From an uncultured delta proteobacterium (GTDB lineage: Bacteria; Desulfobacterota; BSN033; UBA1163), in NCBI GenBank assembly GCA_963708295.1, contig CAVPSJ010000004.1, positions 160,001 through 224,000 on the forward strand: a stretch of DNA of 64,000 nt. The letters run 5' to 3'. Positions 9,922 through 19,454 of this stretch are shown here, piece by piece. Under the pieces are notes generated by a model, which searched no databases, was not told where the DNA came from, and saw only the letters and a list, made by a program, of their open reading frames with translations. Every line of letters starts with the position of its first letter. Position 1 is the stretch's first letter. The position numbers were made by a program, and so were the translations under genes.

Positions 9922-10992
9922 TCATTCAATAACACTCGTCACGTATTCCGCCTCATTCTTCAGGACATAACGGATCCGGTTCAGCAGCTTCCTGGCGATC
10001 TTAATGATGGCCTTGGTCTTGCGCATCCTTTTACAATATTCGTTAAATGCCTCCATCATCGCCGGGTCCTTACGGACAGCAATCCAGGAGGCTTCGATCA
10101 ACAACCATCTCAGGGACGAATGTTGTCGCCGGGTCATGCCTCCTACGTGTTCTTTCTCGCCACTGCTCCGAGTATCTGGAATCAATCCCACGTAACTACA
10201 CAATTGATCAATCGAACGAAAACGGGTGACCTCATACAACTCCGTCAGCACGATCATGGCCGTCAGGGTGCTAATCCCCGGGATGGTCTTCAGCAACGAA
10301 ATCCACGAACGGTACTCTTCCGTCCGGGCCAACGCCACCACCGAGCGATTCAGCTTGGCCAGGATCTGGCGCAGGTGGCCAAGTTCTTCCAAGTGAAGCT
10401 TAAGCGCCACGTCCCCGCTGGTTCGCTCCATCCGAACCTTCTCAATCCACTGGATGAATCGTCGCGACCAATGGCCCATCTCCCTTTGCTCTGGAATGGC
10501 CACCCCATAGAAAAGAAGCATCGATTTAATCTGGTTTTTGCACCGCGCCTGTTTCCGCCCCATGCTCAGCCGAGTCCGGATCAGGCTGCGGTCCTCCAAT
10601 TTCCACCTCGGAGGGGTATAGATCCCTTCGATCTCACCCCCTCGAAGTCCCCTGGCCAATTTGCGACAATCGATCCGATCCCGTTTGCTCCTTCGCTCCT
10701 TATCTCGGGTCGGTATGTCAGCCGGGTTCGCAACGATATTGTCAATCCCCTTCTCTCTCAGTTGGTCATGGATCCAGAAACCACAATAACCCGCTTCATA
10801 GACCGAATGGTATTGACCCCCTGGAAAATGACGCTGCAGGTACTGGATCAGCACTTCTGCTTCAGGCGGTTGGCTAAACGTCTTGTACTCACCGTGTTGC
10901 GTAAAAATGCTCACACTCCAGCTCTTTTTGTGTACGTCCAGACCGAGATAAATCGCTTGACCCGAAAAATTAAGTTTGCTACGCTTGTTCAT
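9922..10992 (-). CDS. IS110-family transposase/recombinase
   Basis: DEDD RuvC-like motifs GLDVHK, YEAG, KRDRID; C-terminal TIPGI and YVGLIP..RSSG (catalytic Ser). Confidence 0.97.
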   Translation of the reverse strand: MNKRSKLNFSGQAIYLGLDVHKKSWSVSIFTQHGEYKTFSQPPEAEVLIQYLQRHFPGGQYHSVYEAGYCGFWIHDQLREKGIDNIVANPADIPTRDKERRSKRDRIDCRKLARGLRGGEIEGIYTPPRWKLEDRSLIRTRLSMGRKQARCKNQIKSMLLFYGVAIPEQREMGHWSRRFIQWIEKVRMERTSGDVALKLHLEELGHLRQILAKLNRSVVALARTEEYRSWISLLKTIPGISTLTAMIVLTELYEVTRFRSIDQLCSYVGLIPDTRSSGEKEHVGGMTRRQHSSLRWLLIEASWIAVRKDPAMMEAFNEYCKRMRKTKAIIKIARKLLNRIRYVLKNEAEYVTSVIE

Positions 10993-11069
10993 GGCAAGTC
11001 TCTCCTTTCGGTTGGATTTTGTGGCAACGAAATTATAGCCGAAACTTTGAGACTTGCCTTTCTTTTCTT

Positions 11070-11299
11070 ATGCCTTACCAAAAGGACAGTGCCCGTTCGG
11101 GAGTCATCCACAGCCGGATACAGGGCGGAGAGATTTTAGCCCAGCGCCCCCACGTCGCGCAGGGCGGCCCGAAGGGCAAAATCTCGAAGCTCCCCCAATA
11201 TGTCGTTAACGTCCGGCAACGGTTCATCCTCATATCCTTTCAATCATAAGGTCTAAAGGTTCGGAGACTCGCCTCTTTGTGCCGGCAGCTATTCTGTCT
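11070..11299 (+). ncRNA. 3' half of the candidate large structured RNA interrupted by the IS
   Basis: Multi-branched helices (gagatttt/aaaatctc enclosing cgccc/gggcg and gcccgaagggc; ccg-GCAA-cgg GNRA loop) and strands complementary to 9494-9650. Confidence 0.6.
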
Positions 11300-11406
11300 A
11301 GGGGGAGGCAAAACCGGCGTGGGCAAGGTTTCCTGTTGTCTTGACAGGGCAAATTCATATGTGCTACCCATGAAGACAAATTTGAAACCATCAAGGGGCC
11401 CATGCA

Positions 11407-12180
11407 ATGCGGATTGCATCTATTCAGTTGAAAGTCATCGAAGAATCAAAAGATAAATCCTTGGAACATGCTTCCCAGATGGTCCGTCAATGCCGGGGTG
11501 CAAATCTCATTCTCTTGCCAGAACTCTGGAATATCGGATTTATGAGTTTTGACCGTTACAGGGAGGAGGCCGAAACCCAAGAGGGTCAGACCTTAACCCT
11601 CCTTCGCACTTTGGCCAAAGAACTCTCCTGCCATCTTTTTACCGGAAGTCTTGTCGAAAAAAGAGGGGATCAATTTTACAATTCCAGCTTTCTCTTAAAC
11701 CCTAAAGGAGAGATCCTCGGAAGTTATCAGAAGATTCATCTGTTCACCTATCAGTCCGCGGAAGCGGAGACGTTGACTCCTGGCGCATCCGTCACGGTGA
11801 TCCCCACCGAATTCGGAAGCGTTGGATTGGCCACCTGCTATGACTTAAGATTTCCAGAATTGTTCAGGAAAATGATCAATCGAGAGGCCGAATTCTTTCT
11901 GATCGCCTCTGCCTGGCCCTTTTCTCGCCTGGAACACTGGCTTCTCCTCAATCGAACGAGAGCCCTGGAGAATCTCTCCTATCTCATCTCATCGAATTGC
12001 GTTGGAATCAACCGGGGAACCCGGTTTGCCGGCCATAGCTTGATCGTCGATCCGATGGGTGAAGTTGTAACCGGAAGCAATGAGGAGGAATGCATCGTCT
12101 GGGGAGAGGTAAATCGAGAAGTCGTTTTAAGGGCTCGGGCAGAATTTCCCGCCTTGAAGGATCGAGCCTTCAAAACCTAA
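11407..12180 (+). CDS. Carbon-nitrogen hydrolase (nitrilase/omega-amidase family)
   Basis: Catalytic triad motifs LPELW, YQKIHLF, TCYDLRFPE. Confidence 0.95.
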   Translation: MRIASIQLKVIEESKDKSLEHASQMVRQCRGANLILLPELWNIGFMSFDRYREEAETQEGQTLTLLRTLAKELSCHLFTGSLVEKRGDQFYNSSFLLNPKGEILGSYQKIHLFTYQSAEAETLTPGASVTVIPTEFGSVGLATCYDLRFPELFRKMINREAEFFLIASAWPFSRLEHWLLLNRTRALENLSYLISSNCVGINRGTRFAGHSLIVDPMGEVVTGSNEEECIVWGEVNREVVLRARAEFPALKDRAFKT

Positions 12181-12186
12181 ATTGAC

Positions 12187-12400
12187 AGGCTGCTGAAAAA
12201 TGTTCATCTACGGCGTTATCCGGCCCCCTTCGGGGATGTGGCAACATGTCGCTCCTTATTCGTCGCGACGCCACTCTCAGGATTGCGTGCCTGAACGGTA
12301 GGTGAAAGGATTGCAGGCTCCTTGCATCTGCCTGCCTGCGCGAAGCCCCTTCGGCGACGGCAGGAGCATTTTTGAGCGGTCTCAGAAAACTACTTCTTTA
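12187..12400. repeat. MITE-like composite palindromic repeat, copy 2 (inverted relative to 4803-5014)
   Basis: Starts aggctgctgaaaaa; shares gtcgctccttattcgtcgcgacgcca core and cctgcctgcgcg insert with copy 1. Confidence 0.75.
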
Positions 12401-12494
12401 GGAGGCGGTCAATAGGTCAGTAAATGGTGAAGTGATTAATCCATTGAGTTCTGCGCTATGCGCCATGCACGATGCTCTTTGCGCTATGCTCTTG

Positions 12495-14777
12495 TCAGCC
12501 GCAGTCTGAATAACCGCAGAAACACTTGGCACACCCCTCTTCAAAGGCAAGAGGTCCTCCACATTCAGGACATGCCCCTCTTTGAAAGACCAGGCCCGAA
12601 CTCCGTTGAGAGGACTTCCGTTCCTCTTTTTGAGATTTCGGAAGAGAGGCGCTCAATTCGGAATTGGTCTGCGGTCTTTTCTCCTTCTCTTGAAGGTGCC
12701 ATTCGATGGCCTTGCCTACAGCATCAGAGCAGGAAAGTACCTTCCCTTCCCGGTACCAGACCGGAGTATGGCAACTGATGCCTTTCAGCTGACGAATAAT
12801 GTCTTCGGGCTCAATCCCGGACCGAAAGGCCAGAGAGACGAGACGGCCGATAGCCTCGGATTGAGAGGCCACACATCCTCCTGCCTTTCCGATCTGATTA
12901 AAAATCTCAAAAAGCCTTCCTTCCTCATCTTCGTTCACCGTCACGTAAAGGTTCCCGCATCCGGTTCGGATTTTTCGGGTGGACCCATGAATCACATCCT
13001 GCCGGGCCTTCGGCTTCCTTTCCGTCTCACGAGCCTCCTCGTCACCTTCCAGTCGATCCGTGATCGGGGACACCACTCCTTTATAAAGAACTTGTTTGGT
13101 TCGACTCCTATCTCGGTAGATGGTCACTCCCTTACAGCCGAGCTCGTAGGCCAATTTATAGACTTTTCCCACATCATCCACCGTGGCATCATGGGCAAAA
13201 TTGACCGTTTTGGAAACGGCATTGTCCGTGTATCTCTGGAAAGCCGCCTGCATCCGGATATGGTCCTCAGGAGTAATATCATGGGCGGTCACAAAGAGTT
13301 TTCGGATGTTCTCCGGGACTTCCTTCACCTCCTGGATATTACCGCTGTGAGCGATCTTCCTCATCAGTTCTTCCGAATAGAATCCTTCCTGTTTCGCCAA
13401 GGCCTCAAAGTAGGGGTTGACTTCCAAAAGCTCTTTTCCTTCCAGGACATGACGGATAAAGGCCAGGGCAAAGATCGGCTCGATCCCCGACGAGGTTCCC
13501 GCAATAATCGAGATGGTCCCCGCAGGGGCAATGGTGGTGACGGTCGCATTCCTCATCGCATCCCAGCGGCCTTTCAGTACACTCCCTTCGAAATTAGGAA
13601 AGGAACCTCTTTTCAAAGCCAGCTCGCGCGAGGCCTCTCTCGCCTTTTTCTGGATAAAGGACATGACCTTTCCCCCGATCTCCAGGGCCTTCGGACTATT
13701 GTAGGGAATTCCCAACAGAACGAGAAGGTCAGCAAATCCCATCACTCCCAGACCGATCTTTCGGTTTGCCTTGGTCATCGCCTCAATCTGGGGAAGCGTA
13801 TAGCAATTCATATCGATCACATTATCCAGGAAATGAACGGCTCTTTCGGTCACGGAGCCTAGTCTTTCCCAGTCGATGGCTCCGTTCCTGACCATATGGG
13901 AAAGATTGATAGAACCCAGATTGCAAGACTCAAAAGGGAGGAGAGGTTGCTCCCCGCAGGGGTTGGTGCTCTCGATCCGTCCCACTTGAGGAGTCGGGTT
14001 GTCTTGATTCATCCTGTCGATGAAGATGATTCCCGGATCCCCATTTTTCCACGCAAAATAGATCATTTTTTCAAACACTTCACGGGCACTCTGAGGACGA
14101 ATCACTTCATTCGTTCTTGGATTTCGAAGAAAGTACTCCTGGTCATTTTCCACCGCCTCCATGAACTCATTGGTGGCAGCCACCGAGATATTGAAATTGT
14201 TGAAGTGGTGGTCGCCTTCTTTGCATTGGGTGAAATCGAGAATGTCAGGATGGTCGACACGAAGGATGCCCATATTGGCCCCTCTTCTCGTTCCTCCTTG
14301 CTTAATCGTTTCGGTGGCTGTATCAAAAACGCTCATGAACGACACGGGCCCGCTCGAAACCCCGTGCGTCGAACCTACCACGTCATTTTTTGGCCTGATC
14401 CGAGAAAAAGAAAAACCTGTTCCGCCGCCGCTTTTTTGAATGAGGGCCATCTGTTTCACCGCATCGAAAATTTCATCCATGGAATCCCCCACAGGAAGAA
14501 CAAAGCAGGCGGAGAGCTGCTGAAGCTCTCTCCCCGCGTTCATCAGCGTGGGAGAGTTGGGAAGGAAGTCCAGAGAAGCCATCAAAGAATAGAACTCCTC
14601 CTCAACCGGAGGAAGGTCGATTTCGGGATGATAGGATCGGTCCGCTTGAGCAACATTCTTTGCCACGCGCCGAAAAAGCTCCTCGGGCGTTTCTACAGCG
14701 TTTCCCTGCGGGTCCTTCTGAAGGTAACGCTTTTTCAGTACGGTCATCGCATTTTGTGTCAGTTGAACCATTTCCAT
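12495..14777 (-). CDS. nrdJ: Class II (B12-dependent) ribonucleotide reductase with C-terminal TSCPD and Zn-ribbon
   Basis: PNSPTLMNAG, LSACFV, STNPCGEQPL, TIAPAGT, TGCGNLYVTVN, CPECG...CGYSDCG; true start likely ATG 14777 with AGGAGG RBS. Confidence 0.95.
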   Translation of the reverse strand: MEMVQLTQNAMTVLKKRYLQKDPQGNAVETPEELFRRVAKNVAQADRSYHPEIDLPPVEEEFYSLMASLDFLPNSPTLMNAGRELQQLSACFVLPVGDSMDEIFDAVKQMALIQKSGGGTGFSFSRIRPKNDVVGSTHGVSSGPVSFMSVFDTATETIKQGGTRRGANMGILRVDHPDILDFTQCKEGDHHFNNFNISVAATNEFMEAVENDQEYFLRNPRTNEVIRPQSAREVFEKMIYFAWKNGDPGIIFIDRMNQDNPTPQVGRIESTNPCGEQPLLPFESCNLGSINLSHMVRNGAIDWERLGSVTERAVHFLDNVIDMNCYTLPQIEAMTKANRKIGLGVMGFADLLVLLGIPYNSPKALEIGGKVMSFIQKKAREASRELALKRGSFPNFEGSVLKGRWDAMRNATVTTIAPAGTISIIAGTSSGIEPIFALAFIRHVLEGKELLEVNPYFEALAKQEGFYSEELMRKIAHSGNIQEVKEVPENIRKLFVTAHDITPEDHIRMQAAFQRYTDNAVSKTVNFAHDATVDDVGKVYKLAYELGCKGVTIYRDRSRTKQVLYKGVVSPITDRLEGDEEARETERKPKARQDVIHGSTRKIRTGCGNLYVTVNEDEEGRLFEIFNQIGKAGGCVASQSEAIGRLVSLAFRSGIEPEDIIRQLKGISCHTPVWYREGKVLSCSDAVGKAIEWHLQEKEKRPQTNSELSASLPKSQKEERKSSQRSSGLVFQRGACPECGGPLAFEEGCAKCFCGYSDCG

Positions 14778-14791
14778 CCTCTTGCCTCCTC

Positions 14792-14837
14792 TACTAAATA
14801 TATGCGGCATTAAGAAACTTACCACAATATTTTGTGT
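14792..14837. promoter_or_regulatory. NrdR boxes upstream of nrdJ
   Basis: Near-palindrome CACAATATTTTGTG at 14823-14836 fits the NrdR box; a degenerate second box TACTAAATATATGC lies 31 bp away, next to the RBS. Confidence 0.75.
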
Positions 14838-15067
14838 TGTCAAGGGAAATTTTTCAGGAAGAGATCCATGAGGCAAACGCTCTGATCCGGCAGGACTCCA
14901 ATCAGTAGGAAAGAACCAATGGGCGACTCCTTTTGATGGGTTTGCTTCCCGAAGCGCTCTTCTCGAGGCTTTTTCAGGAACCTCTGAGCCATCGGACATC
15001 ATCCCAATACATTCTTTTTCCTCATGAACTACGGGGGGTTGGGAAGGCATTTGACGTGACAACAGGG

Positions 15068-16675
15068 TCAACGTTTCTTCTCGGTCAAACCCTTTACCTT
15101 CCAGAAAAGATTTGAAAGATCGCAGAGTTTTCTTCCCCAAAAAGGGGTGGACGATTTTCTGGCGTCTGGATGGATAAAACAGAAATGGCGGCATTTGATC
15201 TTCTGAAGCACCCCCTCAAACCCCTTTTCGTCTCTTTCCTCATCAAAATAATCCGGAATCCAATATCCTAGGGAAGAGAAAGCACTCTTGTCTCCCGAAT
15301 GGTAGTGGTAAAAATCCATGAAATGATTCAGCGAGGTCTTGACGCCGAATTCCTCGGGATCAAGATGCCAGGGGGATCCCGGTTCCATCTCGATCGTAAA
15401 AGTGCGAATTCCTCTCACGTTGGGATACCGTTTTCGGATCAGCTCTTGGAGTTGAATCGTCTGCTCGACATCGGTCTCCTTTTCAAAAGGGACCCCGAGG
15501 GTGAAGAAAAGGTCACAGAAGACCCCGTTGGCTTTCAATCGATCGAGCGTCTCCAGCAGAGCTTGATTCGAGTAGGAATGCCCCTTATGAATCTTCCTCA
15601 TCTCGTCCGATCCAACGTCGGGAGAGAGGGCGATCAGTGATTTAGGTCCCGGAAACGTCTCTTTAAAGGACTTGATGAAATCGCCCGTCGGAAGCCCAAA
15701 GGATTCGAAGAAACATTCCATCTTAATTCTCTCTTCCCGGATGCGGGAAAAGAGATCGAGGAAGTACTGAGGCTTCCGGGGATAGGGATCGAAGCAAACA
15801 TGGAAGGTTTCATACCCGTAAGAAACCGCCTCTCGAATGGACTGGAGAACGCGCTCTACCCCCCGGAAGGTCACCCGCTCTCTGCCTGTAAGGGTCTCCA
15901 ACGACGAACGACCTCCGCCGCACCAGGTGCATTGAACGGGACATCCTCTTCCCACCGTAAGATGGTGGATGGGCGACTTGAGAGAATACATCCAGAAATT
16001 CTTTTTCTTGGAAACTCCCTTGACGTAGAAAGGTTGGCCGACATACCGGATGTAGGTGGGATGATTTTTCAATAGCGGGAAGTTGGTGAACGTAAGGTCA
16101 TCCAGGTCTTTCTCGGAAGCGACGTAGGAGAGGGAATTGACAAGAATTCTCCCCTTCCTTCTCCAGGTCAGGTTGGGAACGGAGAAGAGATCACTCTTCC
16201 CCTGGAGGAGCGCCTGGGTCAGCTCCAATACGGGAACCTCCGCTTCCCCGCGAATGATCCCATCGACCTCGTCGAAATTTCTCATGATCTCTTCATGAAA
16301 AAAGCTCGCGGTAAACCCTCCCAAAAGAATATAGGTATCAGGAAGGGCGGCTTTGATCTTCTTGACATATTCCATCACATCGAAGCTCTGATGGTGCCAG
16401 TGGAGGTCCATCGCAACGATCCGGGGGGCCTTCTCCCGGAGATACTCGACGATAGAGAAACGGTGATCTTCGATCCACTCCACTCCCAAGTGTACGACTT
16501 GGGTGGAAATGCCGTGGCGCTGGAGAAGGTCGGCCAGTGCGAGGAGCCCCATGGGCAGGAAGTTGATCCAGATGAAATGACTGATCGGCCGGTAGTAATT
16601 GGTCAGTTTGGGAACATGGAGAAAAATAAAATCGGGGCCACCCATGGGGGGAATTGTAAGATGCTCTCCCCTCAT
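15068..16675 (-). CDS. B12-binding radical SAM protein
   Basis: N-terminal cobalamin-binding region (LPMGLLALA, LGGFTAS, RGEAE) and GRGCPVQCTWC. Confidence 0.9.
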   Translation of the reverse strand: MRGEHLTIPPMGGPDFIFLHVPKLTNYYRPISHFIWINFLPMGLLALADLLQRHGISTQVVHLGVEWIEDHRFSIVEYLREKAPRIVAMDLHWHHQSFDVMEYVKKIKAALPDTYILLGGFTASFFHEEIMRNFDEVDGIIRGEAEVPVLELTQALLQGKSDLFSVPNLTWRRKGRILVNSLSYVASEKDLDDLTFTNFPLLKNHPTYIRYVGQPFYVKGVSKKKNFWMYSLKSPIHHLTVGRGCPVQCTWCGGGRSSLETLTGRERVTFRGVERVLQSIREAVSYGYETFHVCFDPYPRKPQYFLDLFSRIREERIKMECFFESFGLPTGDFIKSFKETFPGPKSLIALSPDVGSDEMRKIHKGHSYSNQALLETLDRLKANGVFCDLFFTLGVPFEKETDVEQTIQLQELIRKRYPNVRGIRTFTIEMEPGSPWHLDPEEFGVKTSLNHFMDFYHYHSGDKSAFSSLGYWIPDYFDEERDEKGFEGVLQKIKCRHFCFIHPDARKSSTPFWGRKLCDLSNLFWKVKGLTEKKR

Positions 16676-16707
16676 ATTTCAACCTCATCCCAAAAATTTG
16701 CATCAAG

Positions 16708-16862
16708 TGGTGGGAACGGTTTTAGGCCGTTCTTACAAAAACATGAAGCCGGGGGGAATCCCCGACTGCCGGCCCGGTCTCGAGCGAGGCGCGGCAGGCA
16801 GGAAGGGGCACAAAATAAAATGACTTTCCCGGGAAGCCCCGGCCTGTGGGCGGGAGTTTCAT
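16708..16862. repeat. Composite intergenic repeat: REP-like palindrome plus IS200/IS605-end-like hairpin
   Basis: gggaacggttttaggccgttctt palindrome, ggcaggcagg motif, gaagccccggcctgtgggcgggagtttca end. Confidence 0.45.
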
Positions 16863-16871
16863 TTCAAATTT

Positions 16872-18384
16872 CTAACACGACGATCTGTGAATCTTCTTGA
16901 GGATGATCCTGGCGGCAATGAAACCTGAGAGACTTGCGCCCACAATGCCGTGAGAGGGTCGCGTATAGTGGCCGACTTGAAAAAGACCCGGGACGGGTGT
17001 CTGATGGGGGGGCCTTAAATTCCCAACCTGCTTCGGTGTGGAAGCGAGGCCATACATGGCACCCAATTCATTTCCGGTATATCGCTCCAGGGTCATGGGC
17101 GTGGCGGCTTCATAGAAAAGCAGATGGTTTCTCAGACCGGGGATAAGCTTTGATTCCAGCTGGTGAAGAAGTTTCTGGGAAAAATCCTCTTTGATCTGGC
17201 GATAGTTTTCCATATTCCCTCCTCCCCATTTCCCCCGGTAATGATACGGAACATTAACCAGAACACTCAAGAGGTGCTGCCCGGGAGGAGCCAGCGAAGG
17301 GTCCAGCATCGTGGGGATAGACACCATCAGAGTTGGGTTCTGGGGAATCTCACCCCTTCTCAAAATCCGATCCTCTTCCTCTAAATCGGATAAAAAACGG
17401 AGATAGGTAAAATAGGGAAGGCCCATTGCCCTGAGGTCCAAATCGGTGGCGAGGTAGAGGACGAAACAGGAAAGCGAGTATTCGAGGCGGCTCCATTTTT
17501 TCGCAAACCGTCTTCTTAATTCAACGGGAAGCATTTTGACCGAAAGATTCGGATTGATATTGGAGATGACCAGGGGGGCCAGATACCTTTCTCCCCCTTT
17601 CGTCCGCACCCCTTCCACCCTGCCGTTTCTCGTCAGAATTTGATCCGCCTCTGTTTGAAGATGAATCTCTCCGCCGGAATCGGAGAAAAGCCTTGGCCAT
17701 GGCTTCCGAAATTTTTCCCATTCCACCCTTTGGGTAAAAGACGCCTTCGATCAAGGCCTTATTAATCATGACCGCAAGGAAGAGAAAGGAAAGCCTCGAG
17801 GGAGGCTCGGTGACCGGAAGGGAATGGAGCGCCATCTTGATCTCCTCTCCCTTGAAAAGATTGTCGAGAATCGTCTTGTGACTGAAGCGATGAAACCGAA
17901 CCAGATTTCGAAAATAGAAAGGGAAGAAAATCTTCTGGAGCGTCGTTATCTTCGAATAGGATTCTATTTCCTCCCCAATTCGTTTGACCATGGAGAGGTA
18001 GGTCTTTAACCCCTCCTCCTCTTTGGGAAACAGGTCAAAGAGGGCATCGGTATAGGAATGAAACCCTCCCGGACGGAGATGGACATCAAATCCGGGATAG
18101 ATGTTTCGGACGTGGTGGACGGGAATAAATTCAATCTCCGGATGGACACCGATCTCATCCAGGATTTGATGAAACTCTCCCCCCGGGTGACATCCTCCGA
18201 CAAAGGCGCCGGTTGCGTCAAAGATGAACCCGTGCCTTTTGAAGGAGACGACATAGCCTCCCACCTGGTCCTCTTTTTCGAGGAGAAGGGTCTTTAATCC
18301 CTTCTTTGCCAGGAGAGCGGCTGCAGTCAATCCTCCCATTCCGGCTCCAATGACGATGACATCGTACGTCTTACTGTTCTCCAT
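16872..18384 (-). CDS. Phytoene desaturase/retinol-saturase-like FAD oxidoreductase (one frameshift near 17690)
   Basis: YDVIVIGAGMGGL, FDATG, YPKGGMG in ORF 17521-18384; PSLAPPG, ATPMTLERYTGN..GAMYG in ORF 16872-17726. Confidence 0.9.
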
Positions 18385-18684
18385 CGATCTCCCTTGAAAG
18401 AGTCGAACGGGTTGGGGCGACCCAACGCAAACGGATTATAACAGAATCATCGAAGAAATGTAAAAATGAGAACAAAAGAAGGGAGAAGCCGCCTCCCGTC
18501 GAATGGGTCTGCAAATACAGTTCTTTTCTTCATAAAATACTCAGATCGCCCTATTTACTTTTTAACTGCTCGGAGCAAATAATGGGTTTAGGGCAAAAAT
18601 TATTTTTGAGACTTGTGGAGGATAGAGACAAACCAACCTCAACAATCATCCCATCCGGGCAGTAGGGTTGTGGAGGGACAGAAA

Positions 18685-19216
18685 ATGATTCAGGTTTGTT
18701 ACTACAAGGGTTGTGGGGTTATTTATGGTGAAAAAGAACCTTTCTCGGATAAGCGAGAAACACACGGCCTGTGCCCAAAACACCTCAAGGTCTCCCTCAA
18801 GGAGCTCAAGGCTGAAATGGAGAAACTGATGGTTATGCCCGGAGGGTTGAAGGTATTACTGGTCGAAGACAGCACTCTTTTTCGGCAATTCTTCAAGGAG
18901 ACGTTGCACGATCGATTTCCATCCGTCGAGATTCATGAAGCAGTTAACGGGGAAGAGGCGCTGCGAAAAATCGAGACCTTACGGCCCAACCTTGTCTTCA
19001 TGGATATTCGATTGCCGGGAGAGAATGGTCTTGAGCTGACCCGGAAAGTTAAAACTCGATATCCGGGCATCGTCGTCATCATCCTTACGGGCTTATGATT
19101 TGCCCGAATATCGACACGCATCGTCTCAATACGCTGATTACTTCTTTTCAAAAGACTCATCGACCGCGGAAAATATTTTCACATTGGTTGAATCTATTTT
19201 CCCGGCTTGTGTATAG
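18685..19216 (+). CDS. Response regulator receiver protein with small Cys/His N-terminal module (frameshift near 19095)
   Basis: LLVEDS, FMDIRLPGENG; continues in another frame as YDLPEYR..ADYFFSK to TAG 19216. Confidence 0.8.
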
Positions 19217-19311
19217 GTTGTCATCCTCTCTCTCCGCCTGAAAATAGCATACGAACCTGCCGTGCGAACTGCCAAGGACCTAACGGAAAAACCAAGAGAT
19301 TTCTAATTTCG

Positions 19312-19340
19312 TTGACAACAAGTCTTTAAATGGGTAGGAT
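19312..19340 (+). promoter_or_regulatory. Sigma70-type promoter
   Basis: TTGACA-17 nt-TAGGAT upstream of the Bug/TctC gene. Confidence 0.6.
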
Positions 19341-19454
19341 TTCATAATTGGGTGATGCTCCCGGAACCATCCCATCCCTCGCAAAGACAATTTGTTTAAT
19401 GCCTTCGTATTATTAGTATAAAGGCTCACACCGCTCTTGAAAGGAGGAGGATCC

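Larger units (their letters stand above)
9671..11069 (-). mobile_element. IS110-family element, IS1111 type (~1.4 kb)
   Basis: Sub-terminal inverted repeats gaaagtcaagcctca (9678-9692) and tgagacttgcctttc (11048-11062), 13/15 match; TTCTT at both junctions (9666-9670, 11065-11069), so exact ends are ambiguous within it; long non-coding region downstream of the transposase. Confidence 0.9.

Noticed and set aside
9671-11069. Circle-junction promoter from TTGACT (right end) and TATAAT (left end) of the IS
   Set aside because: Spacing across the reconstructed junction is about 42 nt, far from 17.
9489-11330. Assigning the structured RNA to RNase P, tmRNA, SRP, 6S, glycine or SAM-I riboswitch
   Set aside because: Only short resemblances (ggagaga...ccgaagg, cggcaacc, ctagacagaat). 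GAGGAAAGUCC, tRNA-like ends, the SRP GGAA loop motif and CUCAGG are absent.
14778-15194. 139-aa N-terminal extension of NrdJ in the ORF track
   Set aside because: It overlaps the upstream gene and the NrdR boxes; a strong RBS precedes ATG 14777.
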